A DNA stretch of 32,000 nt from Microcystis aeruginosa NIES-843 (GTDB taxonomy: Bacteria; Cyanobacteriota; Cyanobacteriia; Cyanobacteriales; Microcystaceae): contig NC_010296.1 of NCBI RefSeq assembly GCF_000010625.1, positions 3,090,001 through 3,122,000 of the forward strand. The letters run 5' to 3'. Below are positions 25,972 through 32,000 of this stretch, piece after piece. Made by a program: the position numbers and the translations under genes. Each line of letters opens with the position of its first letter. Within the stretch, counting starts at the first letter, position 1. A model generated the notes under the pieces. It was not told the DNA's origin, ran no database searches, and worked only from the letters and a program-made list of their open reading frames with translations.

Positions 25972-27129
25972 ATGCCAGCAAAAGATTTCCTAGACTTAGA
26001 AGAAAAGAAAAACTTACAAAAAGCTCTTAAAGAAGAAGAAAGAGCAGAGGTTAGGGAAAGAATTTTAATGTTTCTCTTGCTAAACGACGGAAAAACTCAA
26101 CGAGAAATAGCTGACTTTATTGGCTGTTCACTCAAAACGGTCGCCCCTTGGTGTGTTCACGGTGATCCTAACAATTTAGAAAGTCTAGAAGATGGGAGAA
26201 AAAATGGAAATCATAAAAAAGCCACAGAGGAATATATTAATTTACTATTAAAAATAGTTGATGAAGACCCGAAGGAATTTGGATATGAATTCGGGAGATG
26301 GACAGCGGCAAGATTAGCAGAGCATCTAGAAAAGGAAACAAGAATTAAACTGAGTGGCTCGCAAGTGAGAAGAATATTGAGAAGAAAAAAGTATGTGTAT
26401 ATCTGGGCGAAATATAGTCTAGAAGATAAGCAAGACAAGAAATTAAGAAAAGCATTTAAAGAAAAATTAGATGAATATTTAAGGTTGGCTAAAGAAAAGC
26501 CAGAGTCAATCCAGGTATGGTTTTGGGACGGGGCTTTCAAGGTGGCGACGCAGGTTCGCCACACAGCCCCTCATGAGTGTGGATTTAGTTTGAGAGTAAT
26601 AAGAAGGAGAGCTTGGACAAAAAAAGGAAAGCGAAAAAAAGTGAATGGACAAAGAAAAAGAGGAAGGGTGAATGTGATGGGAGCCTTAAGATATAATGAC
26701 AAAAAACGAGTCTGTTTTATGATCAAAAAAGGAAATTCAGAAACTTTCCATGAACAATTAAAGAAACTTCATGAAGAGATTCGTCAAGAATGGATAAACT
26801 TGGGAAATCTGCCCGAAGATTTTCGAGAAAAAGGACCGAAAATTATCATCATATTAGACAATGCTAGTTATCACAAAAAGAAAGATGTTATTGAGCAGGT
26901 GGAAAAAGAGTTGCCCAATATTAGGCTAGAGTTTTTACCAGCTTATAGTCCAGATTACAACCTAATAGAATTAGTGTGGCATTCCGCTAAAGAGTACATA
27001 GCTAATCGAGAATTTGAAAATAAAGAAGAACTGGAAAAAGTAGTCAATCAGCTTTTAAATGAAGGGGGATTGATTATTAAATGGAGTAGAAAACTTAAAA
27101 ATAAGGGTAATGCTGTCAATGTAACTTAA
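25972..27129 (+). CDS. IS630-family transposase (385 aa, single frame) with a 15-codon insert in the first catalytic motif
   Basis: N-terminal HTH (TQREIADFIGCSLKTVAPW), then VWFWD[GAFKVATQVRHTAPH]ECGFSLRV, ILDNASYHK and AYSPDYNLIELVW, which is the DDE/D signature of IS630/Tc1. Confidence 0.85.
   Translation: MPAKDFLDLEEKKNLQKALKEEERAEVRERILMFLLLNDGKTQREIADFIGCSLKTVAPWCVHGDPNNLESLEDGRKNGNHKKATEEYINLLLKIVDEDPKEFGYEFGRWTAARLAEHLEKETRIKLSGSQVRRILRRKKYVYIWAKYSLEDKQDKKLRKAFKEKLDEYLRLAKEKPESIQVWFWDGAFKVATQVRHTAPHECGFSLRVIRRRAWTKKGKRKKVNGQRKRGRVNVMGALRYNDKKRVCFMIKKGNSETFHEQLKKLHEEIRQEWINLGNLPEDFREKGPKIIIILDNASYHKKKDVIEQVEKELPNIRLEFLPAYSPDYNLIELVWHSAKEYIANREFENKEELEKVVNQLLNEGGLIIKWSRKLKNKGNAVNVT
26530..26574 (+). 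repeat. 45-bp GC-rich hairpin-forming insertion, in frame, inside the IS630 #2 transposase
   Basis: GGGGCTTTCAAGGTGGCGACGCAGGTTCGCCACACAGCCCCTCAT has nested arms GGGGCT/AGCCCC and GTGGCGA/TCGCCAC. It is ~64% GC in an AT-rich gene and splits the conserved WFWD-E(C/S)GF motif. Confidence 0.6.
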
Positions 27130-27141
27130 ATGCGTAAAAGC

Positions 27142-28555
27142 TTAAAAAGATATGAGCCTTGACTCTATCACCCTTATAATGATAGATAGGACGTACCTTT
27201 AAATCAATTGACTTATAACAGCGAAATGCCTCCTCCACTTGAGATAAACTTTTATAGGCTTTAACCGTCGTCGCTGCATCCATCAAAGTTGACTCCAGAG
27301 AAGTTCTTAACACATACACACCATCCAAGGCCGTTTCTTGAGCGATTAATTCCCGCTTACGCTGATAAGAAAAGCCTTCTTCTGTTATCTCTAGGTTATA
27401 GTATTTATTGACCTTAAACTGATTAAGAACCTTGCCCACTCTCAAAGCTATCTTATCTTGACCCTTTAAAGCTCTTTTCTCCCTTTGAGTCGCCTGAACA
27501 ATCAAATCTAGTTCCTTCTCTACCGCTTCTAATAATGCCTCTCTTTGTAGTTGATTTTTCTGGGCAATGAAGGGATTCCGACAAGCAATTAATCTTTCAT
27601 CGGGATAATCTTCACTCTCAAATTCCACCAAGTTTACCTGATCAAATAATCCTAATTGAATCACTTCTACCTCAGCCAGTTTGCGAATTTGAGGCTTAGT
27701 TAAACCAGTAATATAGTCTAATCCTTCTATGGGTTTTACTAATTCCTTGATTTTCGAGTTGGTTAAAATTCCTCTATCACTTACCCAGACCACATTCTCA
27801 ATCCCCCAACCCTTTCTGACTTTCTCAATTTGTCCGCTTAAAGTAGCACCGTCTGAGGTGTTTCCTTCAAATACTTCTACCGCTATCGGACAACCCTTAG
27901 CTGAACAGAGCAGACCAAAAACTATCTGAGTTTTCCCTTTCTTTTTATCTCGGTTATAACCATATTTTCCCAGTTCACAACCATTTCCTTCTAGGTAGGT
28001 AGAAGTGACATCATACAAGACTAATGTTCCTGATTCTAAGTGTTTAAGTGCTAGGTGCTTCTCAATTTTATCTTGTTTTTCTAATAACCAATCTAAGGCG
28101 TTATATAATTCGTCTTCATCGGCTTTCTCTAAGTCTAACAATTGTCCTAAACTCTGACTGCAAGTTTCGCTATTAAATCCTCTCGCTGTGGCTAGTTTTG
28201 ATTTAGGATTGATGATTCTTGCCACAATCATCGCCACCACTAAGTTTCTGATTCGTGAGGATTTTTCACTGATTATTTTGTCTAAACCTAATTTTTTAAT
28301 CGTCTCTAAAATAGCCATCACATGACCATGAGGAAGACTTCTAATCACTTCAAAATGATTGGGAATGCCTTCAGTCATGGACAGTGTTGCTCCTTTAAGA
28401 GCCAGTTTCAAATTGTCGATAATATCATCGGGTAATTTTGAGAGGTTGGCCAGGGTTCTTTTTTTGACTTGTTCTCCTTCTCGGTAGGACTCTCGAAGAA
28501 GAACGGCGGGGGGGGAATTACGGTTAAGAACTTTTTCTATATACATGACTACCAT
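27142..28555 (-). pseudogene. IS1634-family transposase, N-terminal ~468 codons (copy B)
   Basis: Track ORF 27116..28555 (MYIEKVLNRNSPPAVLLRESYREGEQVKKRTLANLSKLPDD...YHYKGDRVKAHIFL). The last 8 codons (SFYAFKLH) read into IS630 #2. Confidence 0.88.
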
Positions 28556-28695
28556 TCTAGCAAATAGAGAGAATTCTTGTCCATTAATAAATGTTACAAA
28601 TTACATGGGTACATTAAGAAAAGTTAAGGGGGTGCATCCATTGATGGATAAGGGTTTTCGGCTATTATAGTATATATGTATGGGGTAAGTTCAGA

Positions 28696-28921
28696 AATAA
28701 TACCTTTCGACAAAGGATTTCTCGGCTGGTGAGAGAGAGTCTATCTTTCTCTAAAAAAATGGAGAATCATGTTGGGGCTGTTTGGTATTTTATCCATGAC
28801 TACAATGCACAGCAAAGCAAAGGATTAAGCCGCCATCACTACTACCGAATCACCACCAGTATTTTGACCCACGCCCCTTCCTCTTTCGAGACGTTGTGAC
28901 ACTTAGGGTGCGGAATGTGGG
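28696..28921 (+). pseudogene. IS1-family element right end: transposase C-terminal remnant plus terminal repeat
   Basis: Own translation NNTFRQRISRLVRESLSFSKKMENHVGAVWYFIHDYNAQQSKGLSRHHYYRITTSILTHAPSSFETL* (stop 28897..28899), which fits the IS1 InsB C-terminal pattern R..L.RL.R.SLSFSK..E.H. It ends in TGTGACACTTAGGGTGCGGAATGTGGG, the TIR shared with the 280-bp MITEs. Confidence 0.7.
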
Positions 28922-29242
28922 TTAGAAGTTGTGGTCAGACTTGAAAAAGTCTTGGCCGACGGGGCTGATCAGGGAGAGATCAAAGCCAGGCTTGAAGCCG
29001 CCCACCAATGTGTACTAGAGAGCGTTCCGAAGTTGGGGGAAGGCTTTGTCGTCGCACCGTGGCGATGGATAGTAGAGAGAACCTTGTCTTGGTTGGATAA
29101 ATCGAGACGATTATGTCGGGATTACGAGGAACTACCAGAAAATCACGAGGGAGCCGTTTATATTGCCATGATACGTCTTATGCTTCGCCGTTTAACCGAT
29201 AATCAGCGGCAGAGAGCGAAGAAGGCTCCAGTCCGCGCTTAA
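28922..29242 (+). pseudogene. IS5-family transposase, C-terminal fragment
   Basis: ...KVLADGADQGE...FVVAPWRWIVERTLSWLDKSRRLCRDYEELPENHEGAVYIAMIRLMLRRL is the conserved IS5-family C-terminus. It is truncated at 28921/28922 by the IS1-type end. Confidence 0.75.
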
Positions 29243-29338
29243 TATTAATTTACGAACGGTCTCTCAAGATATTTTGGGCGATAATAGAAGTGTAGAGAAA
29301 CGCTCGTAGAGTTCTCTACAGCCTCCAGACTCCCAGAA

Positions 29339-29589
29339 ATGTTTAGGAGGTGGATTTTGAGAAGATTAATTACTACACTTCTGGTGACGACAGCTTTCTC
29401 AGCCGCCGCGATGCTCGTGAGCTGCGTCTCACAAAACCGAGTCAATCCGCTGTCAACCATTAACACTAAATCTGTGCTTGCCCAGCCAAATTCTCCCCTT
29501 ATCGGCATCTGGCAACGCTCGGAGCCTGGCGATCCCCCTCGGACTATGACGCTGATTTTCAATCGAGACGGTGCTTATGGGGGTAGTTA
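29339..29589 (+). pseudogene. Putative lipoprotein gene, 5' part (interrupted by an ISAzo13-like element)
   Basis: MFRRWILRRLITTLLVTTAFSAAAMLVSC: basic n-region, hydrophobic core and lipobox LVSC. The frame continues at 31188 after removal of the IS and one TTA. Confidence 0.55.
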
Positions 29590-31184
29590 GGGACTTCCAA
29601 AAAATAAACTATTCATGCTCAAGAATAATAATCATTCTCGGAGTGTAGGAGGTAGGGGTCGATGGTTGCCTCCTCCTTCCAATTTTGTAGTAGAATTAAT
29701 CCTGTACATTATTAATCAAGTTTTTCTTTGTAAGTGTATATGGAATTAACTGATTCCCTCAAGAAATTGCTCAGTGAAACTGCACTTCAATTAAAAGGTG
29801 CAGCTAAAAGAAGATTCATGGCCCAAACAGTCTTAGAATTAGGCTATGGGGGACAAACCCTTGCTGCACAGGAGTTAGGCTGGAATCGAACTACTATTCG
29901 TAAAGGAATTAAAGAACTAAAAAGAGGTATTATTTGTGTTGATAATCATTCAGCTAAGGGGCGGAAAAAAGCAGAAGAACATTTACCTTTTCTATTGGAA
30001 AACATCAAAAGTTTAGTGGATTCTCAAAGCCAAACTGACCCAAGTTTTAAAAGCCAAAGGCTTTATGTGAGACTGAGTGCGGCCGAAGTCCGAAAGCAAT
30101 TAATCTCTAAATATGGGTACAGTGATGAGGATTTACCGAGCGAGGAAACTATTCGGGTTAAATTAAATAACTTAGGTTATCGTCTGAAAAGAGTCGCTAA
30201 AGTTTTACCTCAAAAAAAATTCCAGAAACCGAGGCAATCTTTGAGGAATTAGCTAACATTAATCGGGAAGCGGATGAAGACCCTACGATGTTACGTCTTA
30301 GTTTGGATGCCAAAGCCCGTGTTAATATTGGACTATTTGATCGAGGAGGTAAGAATAGAATAACTGTCGAAACAAACGATCATGATTTTAATCCGAAAAC
30401 AACCCTAACCCCTTACGGAATATTTATTCCAGAATTTGATGAGTTGTTTTTGTATTTCACTGCCTCCACAGTCACCAGTGACTTTATTGTTGATATATTA
30501 GAAGATTTCTGGGAGTCGGAAAAATCTCGTTTTGAGAAAATTAAAACTTTGATAATTAATCAAGATAATGGACCAGAAAATAATTCGAGACGAACTCAGT
30601 TCATGAAACGTATAGTTGAGTTTTCCCAAAAATATCAAGTTAATATACGTTTAGCTTACTATCCCCCTTACCATAGTAAATATAATCCTATTGAACGAAC
30701 CTGGGCTGTGTTAGAAAACCCTTGGAATGGGAGTATTTTAGATGAAATCGAAACGGCTTTGAAATTCGCCCAAACTATGACTTGGAAAGGAAAACACCCG
30801 ATTGTTAAGTTGATTACTGAAACTTATGAAAAAGGAGTAAAGCTTACTAAAAAAGCCATGGAAAAAATCGAAGAAAAAATCGAACGTCTCACAGAATCAA
30901 CGAATCAAGACTTTCCCGATTTGGGACAATGGTTTATTGATATCTATTATGATAAGACCTAGTTTGTAGTTAACTAAGATGGTTAGCTAAAAACTGTCTT
31001 TGATTCTTTAACTTGTCCTTGTTATACTCGAAAAAGCTCGGAAGTATAAGAGTTTGTGCTGCCTATTTTTTCGGAAAAATAGGTTGTAATGGGAGACTCT
31101 TTGTTTTCCTAGACAAAAATAATTACTTTTTCAAAAAAACACTTTTCTATTTTTTTGTTGGGTATTTTATTCTCTGGAAGTCCC
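29590..31184 (+). mobile_element. ISAzo13-family insertion sequence (about 1.6 kb)
   Basis: IRs GGGACTTCCAAAAAATAAA / TTTATTCTCTGGAAGTCCC. 3-bp duplication TTA (29587..29589 / 31185..31187). Confidence 0.75.
29734..30962 (+). CDS. ISAzo13-family transposase in two frames joined by a -1 shift at an A8 run
   Basis: Track ORFs 29734..30252 and 30288..30962 (likely ATG 29740). ..VLPQKK then -1 gives IPETEAIFEELANINREADEDPTMLRLSLDAKARVNIG... The A8 lies at 30212..30219. ELGYGGQTLAAQELGWNRTTIRKGIKEL and NQDNGPENNS are typical of the family. Confidence 0.72.
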
Positions 31185-31187
31185 TTA

Positions 31188-31473
31188 TGCCATTGGAGCC
31201 GGGTCACATGGTGAACCACCCGCTTATACAGAGTGGAGTGGCAATTACAGGTTTACCGGACCGGACTCGTTCGTCTTTATCCCACTGAAAGGAAAAATCA
31301 TGGTCGGGGGAATATGGTACTATTGCCCTCCCCTTCCCAACCAGATGATTGATGCTTGCACGTCAGTTCAATTTATTGCAGGGCCATTAGGTAAGCAGCA
31401 AGCGGGCAGCTTCCGGATGAATGGCTCGAACCAACTCTTGTCTGGTGGAGAAACTTGGTATCGGATTCGCTAA
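31188..31473 (+). pseudogene. Putative lipoprotein gene, 3' part
   Basis: After the IS junction, 95 further codons are open in the frame set by 29339 (..GGSYAIGAGSHGEPPAYTEWSGNYRFTGPDSFVFIPLKGKIMVGGIWYYCPPLPNQ...GGETWYRIR*). The restored gene would encode 178 aa. Confidence 0.55.
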
Positions 31474-31526
31474 TTCGGGTTTTTTGTCGGAGTTAAAGTA
31501 ACAAATCCTATCTAAGGAGAAAAACA

Positions 31527-32000
31527 ATGTTTTGTTCGCAATGTGGCACCAAAAATGTTGATAATGCAAAATTCTGTTTCAATTGCGGCTCTCCACTTTA
31601 TACCGAGTCCGCAGAGAGCCAAACTGGGCAACAGAAAAAAGGGCTATTTCCCAATAGCTCAATAACTCTTGAGGATCTAACTAAAGTAACTCTTGAGGAT
31701 CTAAAGAATGCCCTCATTGTGCCATCAGATAGACGGAATTATTCTTACGGTGCGATGGACAAATCTTACGGTGTGATGGACAAATATATCAAGAACGGGG
31801 ATTCTACTACACAAGGCGAAGTTATCGACAAAGATTGCAAAAAAGAGGACGAGATGGATGTATTTAGATTTGTAAATTCGCCGTCGCCCAATGAAAATAG
31901 CCTAAATGAAAATAGCCTAAATGAAAAGCAGTTCGCCTTACATCAAGTAATTGATACGCAACACAATGGCGTTGTGGCATTGGTTTTTGAGCATCCGGTA
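31527..32000 (+). CDS. Zinc-ribbon domain protein, N-terminal 158 aa; runs off the right window edge
   Basis: ATG 31527 is preceded by AAGGAG. MFCSQCGTKNVDNAKFCFNCGSPL has paired CxxC. It stays open to position 32000 and contains three in-frame tandem duplications. Absent from the ORF track because it has no stop in the window. Confidence 0.7.
   Translation, partial: MFCSQCGTKNVDNAKFCFNCGSPLYTESAESQTGQQKKGLFPNSSITLEDLTKVTLEDLKNALIVPSDRRNYSYGAMDKSYGVMDKYIKNGDSTTQGEVIDKDCKKEDEMDVFRFVNSPSPNENSLNENSLNEKQFALHQVIDTQHNGVVALVFEHPV

Larger units (their letters stand above)
25913..27141 (+). mobile_element. IS630-family element #2 (1229 bp), nested in IS1634-B
   Basis: Imperfect IRs AGCTAAAACGCACTTAAACC / ...TTAAATGCGTAAAAGCT. 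TA duplication (25911..25912 / 27142..27143). Its removal restores ...CATATCTTTTTATGTATG... as in copy A. Confidence 0.85.
24222..28694 (-). mobile_element. IS1634-family element, copy B (~1.95 kb of its own) with two nested insertions
   Basis: Same TIRs as copy A (CTGGACTTCCCC at 24222; revcomp CTGAACTTACCCC at 28694). It is interrupted by ISKra4-like B and IS630 #2. The flanks ATATTC.. and ..TTATTT give no matching TSD. Confidence 0.85.

Noticed and set aside
29245-29562. 105-aa minus-strand ORF opposite the lipoprotein gene
   Set aside because: It has no recognisable features. The plus-strand frame has a signal peptide with lipobox and continues in frame across the IS junction.
31013-31569. 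ORFs 31013..31288 (+) and 31387..31569 (-)
   Set aside because: The first starts inside the ISAzo13-like right end and is out of frame with the restored lipoprotein gene. The second is antisense to that gene's 3' end and to the zinc-ribbon gene start.

Overview
Cyanobacterial chromosome segment. Support: HIP1 GCGATCGC sites at 809, 5764 and 6110, and an STRR-like heptamer array. The gene content and IS load look Microcystis-like, but that organism call is inference. Positions 1-5.9 kb are a compact housekeeping block, mostly on the minus strand: uvrA (5' part), cysE, tsaB, tRNA-Lys(UUU), an aldose-1-epimerase-family gene, a phytol/polyprenol-kinase-like membrane protein, yidD (+) and a DUF2993-like gene. 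From 5941 to about 31.2 kb the window is an insertion-sequence graveyard. It holds three virtually identical 1988-bp IS1380-family copies, two IS1634-family copies that each carry two nested insertions, and two ISKra4-like elements, one of them split in two. It also holds two different IS630-family elements, an ISAzo13-like element, and a 2.2-kb IS4/IS701-superfamily element with an accessory ORF. There are remnants of IS66-, IS1-, IS5- and IS200/IS605 (TnpB) elements and at least three MITE families. The non-IS cargo is a catalytic-domain-only tyrosine recombinase, a HigB/HigA-type toxin-antitoxin pair, a visibly GC-richer islet (VOC-family protein, 290-aa orphan, PIN remnant), an IS-split lipoprotein gene and a zinc-ribbon protein with internal tandem duplications. 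I saw no rRNA, CRISPR array or cas genes. I did not find a convincing new multi-gene system. The most informative signals are structural: an IS1380-mediated inversion that separated the two halves of a transposase gene; a four-deep nested-insertion stack built on a dead tnpB; MITE/autonomous-partner relationships; an in-frame GC-rich palindromic insert in a transposase catalytic motif; and an uncharacterised accessory ORF plus palindromic sites in the 2.2-kb IS. All coordinates and translations are by hand from the sequence; no database search was possible.
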